64,000 bases of DNA, from IMG/VR virus record IMGVR_UViG_3300021426_000073, positions 48,064-112,063 of that record; one strand, written 5' to 3'. The first letter of the stretch is position 1. The number at the start of each line of letters is the position of its first letter. The notes under the pieces were generated by a model that saw only the letters and a program-made list of their open reading frames with translations, did not search any database and was not told where the DNA came from. Both the position numbers and the translations under genes were made by a program. This DNA comes from a virus. Taxonomy: Duplodnaviria; Caudoviricetes. This document shows positions 51,764 to 64,000 of the stretch, piece by piece.

Positions 51764-54700
51764 GTTATTCTAAAGTAATTAACTCTGGATTAATCAAACA
51801 TATTGCAACTCGCTTTACCAGTTCATTATCTGTACTTACTATATAATCAAACGTATCTTTAAATCCTTCAGCAAATGTCATATCTACTATATGGCAAGTA
51901 TACATATCTAATAATAAGTGATTTACTAAATCTTTTATATTAGAATATGTTGGATAATATTCATGCTTAGTTTGAGTGTCAATTAGAGCAAAGTATCCTA
52001 ATGGTGTAATTCTATAATCCAATTCCATAAATTCTAAAAATTCTTTAAGCGTCATAGCCATTCTCCTTTCTATTTCAAAACACCAAACATTTTCTGATGC
52101 TTACGAATTACTTTCATATATAATCTAAAGTATTCATCTCGATCCAAATTATCATCGTAAGCCATTTTCTCTATAAAATTTTCAAAGTCATCATCTGACC
52201 ATCTTTCTGTTATACTGTCTATCGCTTTATCATAATCCATGCTGCTCTCCTTTCTAAACTATTTTAAGATTACTGCTATCATCAATACTGATTATCTCGG
52301 CTTTTATATCAAATGGCAATTTCTCAAATCCTTTTTCGATATCATTCAAATAATCATTTACTTTACCTTTTTTATTTATATTAACTTCAAATACTGTATC
52401 CAAAATATTATCTTGAATAATATCATCAATTACACCTTTTAAATTCTCATTATAATGAACTATAACACAAGCTCCGATTTGATTTTGGTTTGGATAAAAA
52501 CCAACAAAAATTATTTTTTTACTCATATGTAAACTCCTTTCTACACATACTGATAATCAGTAATCTCATTAAATGCTTTCACAATATTATCTGTATCTAC
52601 CCAAGAAAATCTTCCGAGGTCTTCAATGTAATCAATCATGTTTCGATATACTTCCTCTCCGTATTCAGTAAAGCCACACGGTATATCATCATCGTATATA
52701 AATAATTCCTTTCCTTTAGTATCAAATGGTTTCATAAATTTTTGTAAGCTCATAACATTTTCTCCTTTATAATAAATTATTCTCTGCAATGTAATTTTCA
52801 AACTGTTTAATTGTTTTGCATTTATTAAACTCTTCGTTAGTTTGTCTTGATGGATATGTAACATTGTTTATTCTAATTTGCCAACAGTTGTAGTCTGGAG
52901 TAAAAGACTTATAAATAAAATCTCCACTCGGAGAATAACCATCTGTTGATATTTCTTTATGTGCCCACATTCCGTTTGCACAACCAGTCGCTCCTACCTT
53001 GAAACATACATAACCATCAAATCCTAACTTGATAGATTCCTTTAAGAACTTTCTCATATCCATTAATTTGTTAAGTGCGATTGTATTCTGAAACCAATCA
53101 AATATATTTAACTCATCGCATACAGTTGTCATATAAAAACATTTTTTGAATGGTGCATTTTTTAATTCTTCAATTCTTTCTTCTAGGTCCTTTAATACAA
53201 ATTTTGCGTTTAATCTTTCATATTTACTCATTTGCTTATCTCCTTTACTTTTGACTATGTGATACAATTGCATCTATAATATTACTAATAGGTGTACACT
53301 TTCTTGCTGCAAAAGATGTTCCTGAATTATCTACAATTTTCATTGTAGCGTTGTAATCATCTTCTGTAAGATAACTATATGTTTCTAAAAATTTCTCTTT
53401 GCTTAACACGAAGAAGTCATACATCTTTTCCCAATCGTTAGTAAATTCATTTCCAGTTTCGATAAGGTCACAAGTAAGTCTGTGACCAAACATATTAAAT
53501 GATTCAACATCTGACATATTTTCCAAGTCTGACGCTAAACCATCACATCTATCATTTACGTAATCTGAAAATGTATCTTCAAGTTCATTAAGAGTTACGA
53601 GTTCTTTATAAATTGTAGACGCTAAAAATGATTTTCCGTATATGTCTATATGTCCATATTTGCTATTCATATCTTCTTCAAATTGTTCCTGAAATTCTTC
53701 GGCACAATTTAACTTAAACCATTCAGCACATTCAGCTGCATTATTAAATTTCTTATCTCCATCAATGTAATAAATCTTTTCCATATCTTAATCCTCCCAA
53801 GATTCTATCTTTGCATAAATAACTTTTTCATCTGCTTTTGCTTTTTCATATTCTGCATATGCATCTTCATAATTTGTATGTTCTATTTCGCTATAAGGTG
53901 TATATAACGTATCGTCTATACCAAAAGGAATAGTTACAAATACTTTATACTTCGTTATAGGCAAACATTTCTCTATCGTTTCATAATCTCCTACGTATAT
54001 AGCCTTAAGCATATCTACATTCGTAATAAGATAGTCTGCAATTTCTGTTTCCGTCATACCTTGTTCATACATAAATCCAATAGCGTTGTTTAACAATACC
54101 AACATTTTGTTTAATACTTTATCCATATTAATTTTCTCCTTTCAAATTACTTATAATTTTTAACGCTCCTTCAATTCCAATAATATCGTTTACCCATACG
54201 TTGTCTGCATTTTTCTCGTCAGCATACTCTTCGTCCCACCAACTTGCATTCTCTTTACAAAACTCAAGAGTGTTTTTTAATTTCTGTTCTACATCATCAA
54301 GTTCGTTATGATAATCAGTTTCATTTTCTACATCTCTTTCCTTTACAACCACATCGCTGATATGATTTAACAAGTTAATCACATCTCCTAATCTGTATTG
54401 TAGGTAAGGTTCATAGTCATCGTACTCTTCATAATGACTGTATAGTTTAGATAAGTCTTCAGCGAATCCTTCAATTAATTCAGACAACTTTCCATTAAAA
54501 TTTAAGTTAAAATTTAAGTCTTCTCCATAAATCTCTTCTATAAATTTCCCTACGTTTTTAATTACTAATTTTGACATATCAATTTTCCCTTTCTAAAACC
54601 AAATTTCTTCAACCATTTCATCGTCTATTAAAGTGAACTCATAATCAAGCTCATAAAGAGAATCCCACAAATCATCGTAGACCCACTCATCAGGATGTTC

Positions 54701-57247
54701 TACATCTAATTGTGCAATACATTTCTCTACTACTTCTTTAAACTCGTCATATGAGATATTATTTTTTTCAAGGTCAATTAAGATAAGTGAGTTACATTCC
54801 CTATTAAAATACTCCATCAATTTGTATACAGCCAACATATCATTTTTCTTTGCCATATTATAAACTCCCTTCCATTTCATCAAATAATTCTTCACCAAAT
54901 TCTTCATCAAGAATTTCCCAATCATCTTCCCACAAATCACATTCCATCATTCTATTTAGAACTCCTTGAATTGTGTAATCAAGGTCACTTATAAGTTCCG
55001 TTTCCACCCACTGACCACCATCACAATAACCATCACCAGTTATAAAATCTGTCATCCAATAATCTTTATATCCTTCTGCTATATCTTCTGCTAATAAGTT
55101 TTCTCCATCACCTTCAAATATTCTGAAAATTGTCTTTTCATTCGCACTCCATAAATACAATATATCGCTTGGATAATCATTCCATTTCATGTTTAAATCT
55201 ATGTTACATACTTTATAAAACATATCTATTCTCCTTTTGTTTTGATTTTATCGGGAGAGCGATAAACACTCTCCCATGTGTTTATTTAGAAACTAAAGTC
55301 ATAATATCTTTCTGCATATCCAATTACGAAAGTATTACATCCAAGTTTCCTTCCGGTCTGTTCTCTCCATCTGTTTTGCTTTGTTAAGAATAACTTAATG
55401 ATTGAATTATTCTCATTGCTAGTGTATTCGTACTCTTGACTTTCCGACATACCATTATTGTCTATCCTCTTATAATCTAACCGCCTTACTAATATGTGTC
55501 TATCATCAAGCACTTCTACAACTTCATAAGGGTATCTGTCTGACCACAACATTTCTGTTACGCCCATACCAACTTCTGGCTTAGGTTGTTTACAACTCTC
55601 TGCTACTCTGTTATTTAAACTTCCATACCATTTACTACTCATATCTTATTCTCCTTTCACTTCATCTAACTGTTTATCAAGTTCATCTAACTGTGATTTA
55701 AGTTTGTCGTGTAATCTCTGCCATTTATTTGCGTGTTTCGGGTCATCCGTAGCCTTTAATCCACATAGCAAAATCAAATCGCAAATCTCAATTCGCTTCA
55801 CTTTAATTGTTGTTTCAAAATGGTTTCTCATAATTCATATCTCCTTTCAATGAATAAAGGTAAAGCATTACGCTCTACCTTTACTAAATTCTTTTATACA
55901 ATTAATTGTTACTTTCTTAATAACCTAAACCTTGATTTGGATCGCTTAAACTATATACGCAATCTTCATAAGTTGCTTTTTCATCGTGTGTAATTTTTAT
56001 TGGATATTTAATTTTCGCTTGGTCTTCATCATAACAAGCAATGCTTATACCAATATCTCTCTTCTCCATATTTTCAAAAGCACTTTCCACACTAGGTTGT
56101 TCCTGTAGCCAAGTGCACTTGAATGTTTTATCTTTGCGATACTCTTCAAGGTAATCTTTATTCCAGTCAACAACTAATTCATATATGTCGTGACCACCAA
56201 AAATTCCATATCCATCATAAAAGCTTTCCTTTATGTGACCACCGCCAAACTTCTTTGGTATTAATACATATACGTCCTTCGGTTTTGTACAAGATATCTG
56301 TTCATCTGTTACACAATCTAACCAACTAAAAAATCCCATAATCTACACTTCCTTTCTTTAATATTCAACAGTTGACATATCGCTTATTTCATATATTTCA
56401 CAGTCGAACTTTGATGTAAGTGCATTATAAATATAATCGTAAGTATAATCATCAAGGTATTTTTCTTTTATATCATCTATAGTATTTTGAATTTCACAAA
56501 CAAGTTCGCTATACTTTATTGCTTTTGAGTCGTAATTAACAATCATTATTGCACATATTGACCAATCCCAATTATCTACTAATTTAATTATTACTTTTTC
56601 CATATTCATTTCTCCTTTACTCATAACGTATACTAAATTCATCTACTACTGACCAATTGGTAAATCCATATCTTTTAAATTCGTCATAAAGAGAATCTAT
56701 TTCTTCTATCTCTTCAGGAATTACACAACCACGCCACTCGATTTGCTTTAACATTAATCTTAATGGTTGCATATGATTTGCAATTCGTGTTGCATTTCTG
56801 TTACATCTAACTGATGTGTATGCGACAGTCCATAACATATATATCAATTTATCTTCTGCCTTTTTAGTAACATAATCCGTAAGTTCAATTGCATCACTTA
56901 CACTATATAAAATACTCATATCTATATCTCCTTTACTCAATTGTTTCAAACCATCTGTACTCATTAATAACTTCTCCGTCTTCTATGTACGAACAGTCAA
57001 CAAGTACTACAGGCTCTCCACATTCTATTACTTCATCAATTTCGCTTAATGGTCTATCCCATACATTGTTATATCCCATATTATCAAGTATGTTTCTTAA
57101 TTCATCTCGCTTGCTAAAGGTCATAAGGTTCACACCTAAAAACTCTTTGCAATAACTTTGTGTTGTGTAAATCTTTTCACTTCTAACTAAATTCATATTC
57201 ATTTCTCCTTTCATAATTAGGATAGGGGAAAGCCCCTATCCCATATA

Positions 57248-58012
57248 TTAATGTGCTTTAAAGATAACGTGTTCACCTTTTTTTAATGTCCAACAACCTT
57301 TGCCTTCAAAAGCACATTCACTACAATTGCCACCACAATATTTAGCACCATATTCAGGAGCTGTAGTAGTTCCATCTTCGTAAAGCACATGGCTGCAAGG
57401 TAGGTTATGTGGGTTATCCATTTCCATTCCTAACCAAGCACTCATTATAGGGTGAACATTACTTGGGAATCTGTGGCTATCAAGGAACTTGTTAATTCCC
57501 TTATAGTTCTTTGTAAAGAACATAATCTGTGTTTTAGGATTCGCTCTGCCTAACTTTGATACATATTCAAAATCTGTATCTGTCAAATCACCACCAACAT
57601 TAAGTCTTAATTCTGTTACAAAGTTCGCTTTAACTTGAGCATCGATTTCTTTCCAGTATCTTTTCTCGTCTGCTAAATGTATTGCAGAGTTTTTAGTTCT
57701 GTCATTCTTTAATGCCTTATAAATCATATTCTTTATGTCGTAACAGTCCTTGCTACATTCGTTGCAATTGCAACAGTCAAGGATAGGTGCAAGTGAAACT
57801 GTCCAACAATTTGATCCAGTTTTCGTATTTCCTTTCTGCAACTTAACGTGTAAGTCATCAACATTCTGTAACTGTCTTTCTCTTAATGTTCGTAACTCAT
57901 TAACTCTTTTCGCTATAGCGTTTGCACCAATTTTCTTTCTCATATTATTTTCTCCTTTATGTTTATTTAATTTAAAAGGGAATAGCAAATTGCCATTCCC
58001 TTGACTACGCAT
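57248..58012 (-). CDS. Cys-rich GP88-like protein (radical-SAM-related)
   Basis: GN.KTG, CC.C..C...CY, LRLNVGGD, FFTK, C.G.C..C...CW, H; real start probably about 57943. Confidence 0.55.
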   Translation of the reverse strand: MRSQGNGNLLFPFKLNKHKGENNMRKKIGANAIAKRVNELRTLRERQLQNVDDLHVKLQKGNTKTGSNCWTVSLAPILDCCNCNECSKDCYDIKNMIYKALKNDRTKNSAIHLADEKRYWKEIDAQVKANFVTELRLNVGGDLTDTDFEYVSKLGRANPKTQIMFFTKNYKGINKFLDSHRFPSNVHPIMSAWLGMEMDNPHNLPCSHVLYEDGTTTAPEYGAKYCGGNCSECAFEGKGCWTLKKGEHVIFKAH

Positions 58013-60813
58013 ATCTTTCTGGATATGGGTGATAATCTGTATCTTTTATATCGATTTCAATGTTTTCAACAATGTCATCAACCATATCTTTTATGTCATC
58101 AGCCTTTCTTCTCATATCATCAATGCTTTCAAATGCCTTATCCCATAAAATATCTTTAATCTGTTCCTCTAAATAACTCATAATCAAAACTCCTTTCGTA
58201 TGAATTTTGTCTAGTCCATCTCGCTTAATTCGTATATTACTTTCCACAACAACATATTTTCTTGTTCAATAGTTAGTGGTATACTGTACCACTTTAAATC
58301 ATCTTCCATTGAGTTGTTAATATTAAACCTAAGCGAAATGCTTTCTTTTTCGGTATTTACAATAACATAAATATTGTAATAAAGTATGTTGCTTTCTTCA
58401 GGAAAATCAGTCATTCCCATTAATCTTCTTACTTGGTCACATTTATCGTAAAGGTCTTTGGTGCCTTTACATTGAAAACTAAATTCAACATCTGTATCGT
58501 GTGTGAAATCTTCAAACACAATTCCCTTAACGTCCATATCTGTATCTCCTTTCAATTTCAACATAGTCTTCTAAAAGCATTTTAAGATGGCTAATTTTCC
58601 ATCTATGTAAGTAACCATCGCCAGTATAATTTTTTGTTTGGCTTGTTAGCATTTTGCCTTTTCTTGCTTTTGTTTCCCACATTAAATACTGTCTTACTGT
58701 ATTGTGGTAATGTCCGTCATTCCTTACTTCAAGGTATTTGTTTCGGTTTCTTTTGTTTCTATAAATTGTTATTGTAGTCATATCTATATCTCCTTTCGTT
58801 TAGGATAGAGCATTACACTCTATCCTTTATGTTGATTTGTATTTCTTTACAAATCGTATTAAGTTTTCTCCACACTTCATCGTAGTTTGTGTTTGCAATT
58901 ATTGTTTCTATATCATCAAGTTCCTTTGGAATACCACGTCCCATCGCAAGTCCTAACAAAGCAAACACGCCTGCAAATTCTTCGTCAGTAGCACCCATGC
59001 CATCTGCGTTATTTAACCATAACGCAATTTCAATTAATTCATTCATACACTAACCTCCTATTGATAATTTAAAACCTTTTGGAATTTTGCTTCCAGCATT
59101 TACAGGACACACCAAACAGATTTTGTTTTTAGTTCTGAACACCAATGGTGCTTTTGGATTTAACATATAACATATTGCATCGTCACCAATAAACTCAACG
59201 ATTTCTCTTAGGTATAATGCGTTGACTACTGGCAAACCTTTTCCGAAACTATACAGTACAGGAACTGTACGTTTTCTTCCTACAAGTTTAGTTATCTCTT
59301 CTTTAATTTCCTTAAGTGTTGGATACTCAATTTCTTTTCCATCACGCACTATATCATCAACAATTTTGTTGATAGATTTCAATTCCCTAGTATCTTCATC
59401 TAAAGGAACTATAGGTTCTTTAGACATCATAAACATCACACCATTGCACACACCATACATACCGAGATTTGAGTTGTGTATGTAATACGCCTTGTTGCTA
59501 TGTGGTGCTTGCACCTTAATCATTCGTTCTAATTGTTTCTCCATAATTTCTCCTTTCACTTAAAAGGGAACTAGCATTGCTAATCCCCTAAAACTAATGT
59601 GTATACATTTGCCTTTATGCCTTTGTTCTTAAGGGCTTTATACACATAATCTTCAGCTGTATCTTCGCACTCTTCTAACTCAAGCCATTCATCATATGAC
59701 TCTTGTGCGATTTCCATTGCGTTATCATAATCAATATAGTCTTCAACAGACACAGCAAATTTAATATCACTTACTGTGCCTTCAACTTTAAATGTTGGTA
59801 TATCAAATACATTTGCGTGTTTCATATTATTCTCCTTCCGTTGCATAAATCCTACATTCAATTTCGTTTTCGAGTAGTCTATCATAGATATACTCACACA
59901 TTGTAGCATCGCTTGAATCATCTTCAAACCATTCTTCAAATGCTTTCTGTACTATCTCTTCTGCCTTTTCTGTTTGTGAATATCTGACTTCGACTAAAAT
60001 GTCAAAGCCAGATAAATCACCATATACAGTAAAACAATTCATTGGTTTTACATTATTTAGTTTCATCTGTATCTCCTTTCTCGTCTGCAAATACTTTACG
60101 CATATCTTTAGTAAACTCTGCAATCATATCATCAATAGTTCCCTTCACGTAAAGTTCTCTGTTTTGCCATTTTTCATAAGGAAATCCAGCACAACATAAA
60201 AACCTTTTGCCTATATAACTATCGTCTAAAATCCTATCACTTGTTGCTGTGAATTGTACAAAGTGATTATATACTAATAAATCATTTTCGCTTTTAATAT
60301 CAATTAAATAATACTGATATTCTTCAGAACCATATCCTTGATTTGCAAACACTTTACATTCATCATAAGTTTTTACAATTAACTTTTTAAATCTAGCAAA
60401 CACAACTCCGAATGCTGATTTCTCGTATTTCTCACACTCTTCTTTTGTCTTAAATTCTGTGCCGTCATCTGCTTCGTAACCAATAATCTTTTCAATTGTT
60501 TCTGTTCTTTTTAATTCTTTCATATTCATTTCTCCTTTACTGTGCAATTACATATTCTGTGAACAAGTTATCATCTTGTACAAACTGTATATGATTAAAT
60601 AAAATCATATCGTCTTCAATTGTGTAACCTATCATTTCCGTTAGGTAACGGAGAAAATAAGTTTTAATATCATCGTCAACAGGCACTATTTTGCACCTGT
60701 CAACTCCTTTTGCTCTAGCCTTATCTATCTTGCTACATTGTTTATCGATTGCTTTTGCTAATCGCTTTCTCTTATCTGTTTTCATTTTTCTAAAATTCAT
60801 ATCTGTTCTCCTT

Positions 60814-61263
60814 TCAAATCTTTCGGCATTTTGTTTTGCCTAGTATAACGTGTGCAGCAAGGCTTAATCCCATTGCTTGACACGCAGTATCAATTTTCTT
60901 TGTTACCGCTATATCCTTTTGTGATGGATTAAGATTTCCACTTGGGTGGTTGTGTATCAATATTAGTTCAGGTGAACCAAACAACAATGCACGTTGTATG
61001 ATTTCCCTAATGCCAAACATTGACGTGTTAATCGTTCCGTGGCTAATCTCACTTAAGGCGATCAAGTTTAAGTTAGAGTTGCAATACATTCCGAAGACGT
61101 GTTCTTCAGCTAAATCACACAACCCATTTGCCTTACAAAACTTAAAAATCTTTTCTGTGTTATCAAAGCACGTTCGCTTGTCTACCGAGTAAGTATCCAT
61201 CTGCTTTTCGAGATAAGGCATTCCTACTTCGTTTTGCTTTAGTCGGTAATAATTCATTTTCAT
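60814..61263 (-). CDS. RadC-like JAB/MPN domain protein
   Basis: EE, S.GT, IHNHPSG...PS..D, HVI. Confidence 0.85.
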   Translation of the reverse strand: MKMNYYRLKQNEVGMPYLEKQMDTYSVDKRTCFDNTEKIFKFCKANGLCDLAEEHVFGMYCNSNLNLIALSEISHGTINTSMFGIREIIQRALLFGSPELILIHNHPSGNLNPSQKDIAVTKKIDTACQAMGLSLAAHVILGKTKCRKI

Positions 61264-61264
61264 A

Positions 61265-61462
61265 CTAACACTCCTTTAAATTGTTTTCCTTGATAAGTCT
61301 GCGAATGATAACTCCATTCATACTTCGTGGAATCGAGATAGTTCTCTTTCCATTGGTATAAATCTTATGTCCGTTATTTCTCACATAGACATATCCATTG
61401 TGCTTTAGCATTTTGCTTAATGCTCTTTCGTTTACTTTGTTCATATTCTCACTTCCTTTCAT
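61265..61462 (-). CDS. HicA-like protein
   Basis: L..NGY..VR.NGHKIY...TISIP. Confidence 0.6.
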   Translation of the reverse strand: MKGSENMNKVNERALSKMLKHNGYVYVRNNGHKIYTNGKRTISIPRSMNGVIIRRLIKENNLKEC

Positions 61463-61492
61463 TTAAAGGGGAGAGCAATTGCTCTCCCTTAA

Positions 61493-62260
61493 TTAGATTA
61501 CATATGCATTATCAACTAACTTGTCTTCTGCACTAACTTCATTAGCGTTTACTTCGAGTACCATTTCCTTGATATCATCAATGTCAATACCGTCTAACTT
61601 TTTCATAACGATAACTTCATGAATACTTGAAGGTATAACTATAAGTTCCTTTGCACCCATAATCGCTTTAAGTTTATCTACGGCTTTCTTTATCGTGATG
61701 ATACTTGCACCTCTAAAACCATTTTTCGTTGTTACGAATGTGAAATTAGGGTCTGTATCCGTTGCGGTATCAAGAGATACTTTGCCTTTTCCAGATAAGA
61801 TACTCTCAATAGTTCCGATTTCAGCAGATTTATAAGTGTTCTCTTCTGCCTTTTCCCATAACTTCGCTCTATTTAATGAGCCGAAGGCGGACTCTTCTTT
61901 TAACTTGAATGAGTTTTCATCGGATACCTTAACGTATAAATACTTTTCAATTCCGTCAAATTCTGTTTCACGCTTAATTAAGTTTTCAGTTCCTTTTGCC
62001 TGTACACCTACCATTACGTTTTCATACACAAATTTAGGCGTAATATCATCTGGGTTAAAGTCAGGTTGCTTTTTGCACAACTCTATGATTTCGTCAATTG
62101 TTTTATCCTTTACTGTACTTGCATAAAGGTTCACATAAAGGTTTTCAGTTTGCTTTACTGTGATACAAGGAATCACATTTCCATTTTTAATTGCTGTGTT
62201 GATTCGTGCATCGAATCCTTTTTTTGTAAGTTCCATTTTGATTTCTTCAAAGTTCATCAT
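61493..62260 (-). CDS. DUF5688-like protein
   Basis: KNG, GAS.I, IPSSIHEVI, MV.EVN..V..ED.L. Confidence 0.65.
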   Translation of the reverse strand: MMNFEEIKMELTKKGFDARINTAIKNGNVIPCITVKQTENLYVNLYASTVKDKTIDEIIELCKKQPDFNPDDITPKFVYENVMVGVQAKGTENLIKRETEFDGIEKYLYVKVSDENSFKLKEESAFGSLNRAKLWEKAEENTYKSAEIGTIESILSGKGKVSLDTATDTDPNFTFVTTKNGFRGASIITIKKAVDKLKAIMGAKELIVIPSSIHEVIVMKKLDGIDIDDIKEMVLEVNANEVSAEDKLVDNAYVI

Positions 62261-63501
62261 AATTTACCTCTTTCTCCCCGTCTTGCCGATAGGTCAGCAC
62301 TATTATTAATTTTCGCTTTCAACAAGTTCTTCAAATAACTCGTCAAGTTCCACATCATCGATATCAATAATGCCGTAGTAGTTTTCAACCACTTCATCGA
62401 TAAGTTCGCCTAAAGTTACAGGATATTCTTTGTAGTCTGTTGAAACTAGATTTCCGTATTCGTCATACTTAAACCAGTCACGGTTAGGATTAAAAGAACC
62501 ATAGTTCTTATTTCCGTTGTTGTCGTAAGTAAAACTATCTTCATCTTGACCGTAATAAATCAGGTTCATCAATCTATCGAAACTCTCTTGGTCACTTGGT
62601 TGATTATGTTGATAAAGCTCTTCCATTGGGTAATATCGGTTATTACCTAAGTAACCATTCCACCAATCAAGTGCTTCGCAAAGTTCATTAAATTGCTCTT
62701 CATTGTCTGCAAGTTTCTCTTTGATTTTTTCAATAATCTGTTCTCTCATAATTTCACCTTTACCTTTCTAAAAACTTAACTGTTCTTTCAAGTGCTTTCA
62801 CTTGATTACTAAGTTCCATCTGTTCATCACAAAGCCTACACATTTCATCATATGTAGGCTTGCTTTCAATTTGCTTTGCAAGTGAATTTTGTCTAGTCTT
62901 TAATGTTTTGATTTGTTCCTGTACCGTCATTATCTTTCCTTTCCGATGTACATATCATAAAGCACATCTCTATAACTCTTTGAGTGTTGCAATGGGTGTA
63001 GGTGGAAATCTGCATCATCAGGTACATTGTCAAAATAACACCCGATATTTGAGTAAAAGCGTTTCTCTTCTTGCTTTTCTCTTTTTGCAAGTTCCCTTAA
63101 CAAGTTCATTGCAAACTCGTTTTCGATGATTTCATCTTTCTTTCTCAGCACTCTAATAATTACTTCGTTGACATATGGTCTTAACCATACACCAAACAAC
63201 TCTTCAATTTCTAATTTCTCTTCATACCTCATTTCATCGTATGTCATATCTACCACTCCTTTACATAATTGATAAATTTACTATTAGGTGTTTTGTGTTT
63301 GAATTGTATTCTCACACTTTTGCCTTCGCTTAATTTCGATAACAACTTTGTTTTGCTTGATGTTATCCATACAAGTTCAGGGAGTATAATATCATTTGTT
63401 CCAAACACCACAACTTTTTTTCTTTCACACTCTATGATGTGTTTTACCTTTGCCACTCTAGTGCCAGCTACAATTTCATATCGTGCCATAATTAGATCAC
63501 C

Positions 63502-63666
63502 TTACCTTTCTATTACTTCAAAACTTGTTTCACCGGAAAAGTCATCAGCCGTTAGGACAACTTCACCGTCCCAATATAAGTCCTTTGCCTTTTCAATCCC
63601 TTCTGTTTCTGAAATCGCATCAACTTCGATTTCCTTTGTTAGTGTTTCTGTGATTCTTATTATCAT
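63502..63666 (-). CDS. DpnD/PcfM-like small protein (absent from ORF track)
   Basis: MIIRITETLTKEIEVDA.SE.E.IEKAKDLY..GEVVL.ADDF; AAAGGAG RBS. Confidence 0.65.
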   Translation of the reverse strand: MIIRITETLTKEIEVDAISETEGIEKAKDLYWDGEVVLTADDFSGETSFEVIER

Positions 63667-64000
63667 TTATTTCTCCTTTCTTGGAATCATTATTCCGCCC
63701 TGTAATATTTCCCTGTTTTCCCAAACGTATGTAGGCAAATCCTTTTCGCTACAATTAAGCAATTTGCATAACACGTTTCGGTGTTTCTCTTCGATGACGA
63801 TGTCATCTTCACTATTGATTTTGATTTCTATCAATTCATAAATCATACTCTTCCGTGCCTTTCCCAACGTCCATCTAGGATTCCGTTGTATATTAAACTT
63901 GCACAACCACACACCAACATAAACATCATTCGTGCTACACCGTGTGGGTTTTCCGTTATTGGTTGTGTGAGTATCCCTACATAGATACCCACACCCATAA

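Larger units (their letters stand above)
7458..62897. repeat. Dispersed asymmetric 15-bp motif RCTWGACAWAATTCA (at least 17 copies)
   Basis: + strand copy at 7458; - strand copies starting at 13729, 14896, 15272, 17264, 22892, 26111, 26170, 36532, 36816, 38986, 41410, 47768, 48239, 51749, 58201, 62883. Confidence 0.9.
51765..63912 (-). other. Probable early region: about 35 small, often acidic hypothetical genes with strong AAAGGAG RBS
   Basis: e.g. 51765-52061, 52254-52526, 52767-53273, 53245-53784, 53788-54126, 54128-54577, 54858-55223, 55286-55642, 55917-56339, 56933-57214, 58211-58564, 59050-59559, 60053-60547, 62306-62749, 62930-63256. Confidence 0.7.

Noticed and set aside
7458-62897. 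15-bp motif as Xer/dif or integron attC recombination sites
   Set aside because: No dyad symmetry or paired binding arms; repeated exact overlap with -35 boxes fits a regulatory role better. Not formally excluded.
10127-63984. Plus-strand ORFs in the minus-strand arm (e.g. 16928, 24521, 30952, 36822, 63269) and antisense ORFs in the first 9 kb
   Set aside because: Shadows of real genes on the opposite strand, with no RBS and atypical composition.
1-64000. CRISPR array or cas operon
   Set aside because: No regularly spaced repeat-spacer units; the 15-bp motif is dispersed. The PD-(D/E)xK nuclease at 42994 sits in a recombination module, not a cas locus.
1-64000. Stop-codon recoding (alternative genetic code)
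   Set aside because: Recognisable genes are full length in code 11; TAG and TGA stops are followed directly by an RBS and the next gene; no suppressor-anticodon tRNA is seen.

Overview
A 64 kb piece of an AT-rich temperate tailed-phage genome. The host is probably a Clostridia/Lachnospiraceae-type Firmicute; this is inferred from the Shine-Dalgarno style, sigma-A promoters and an Fn3-type secreted protein. Bases 1-9.2 kb (+ strand) hold tail-fibre/receptor-binding genes and a compact module of unknown function: an HTH protein, a Cys-His-Asp protein and Gln/Gly/Cys-rich proteins. Bases 9.3-64 kb (- strand) hold a tyrosine integrase beside a tRNA-Ser-like attP, a tRNA/ncRNA cluster, a DnaB helicase, glyco-enzymes, IscB and TnpB OMEGA elements, nucleotide-metabolism genes, a replication/recombination module, an SPbeta-like recombinase plus MrpR/YopR-like repressor locus, and about 90 small hypothetical genes. 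The strongest unexplained signal is an asymmetric 15-bp motif (sense consensus RCTWGACAWAATTCA) found at least 17 times. It always points in the direction of transcription and mostly lies on or beside sigma-A promoters or just before ribosome-binding sites, which suggests a genome-wide operator/'stoperator' network. Other candidates are an orphan TnpB-type omegaRNA in the tRNA cluster, several structured ncRNAs and a 125-nt expanded tRNA-like RNA. All family calls come from motif recognition by eye; no database searches were run.
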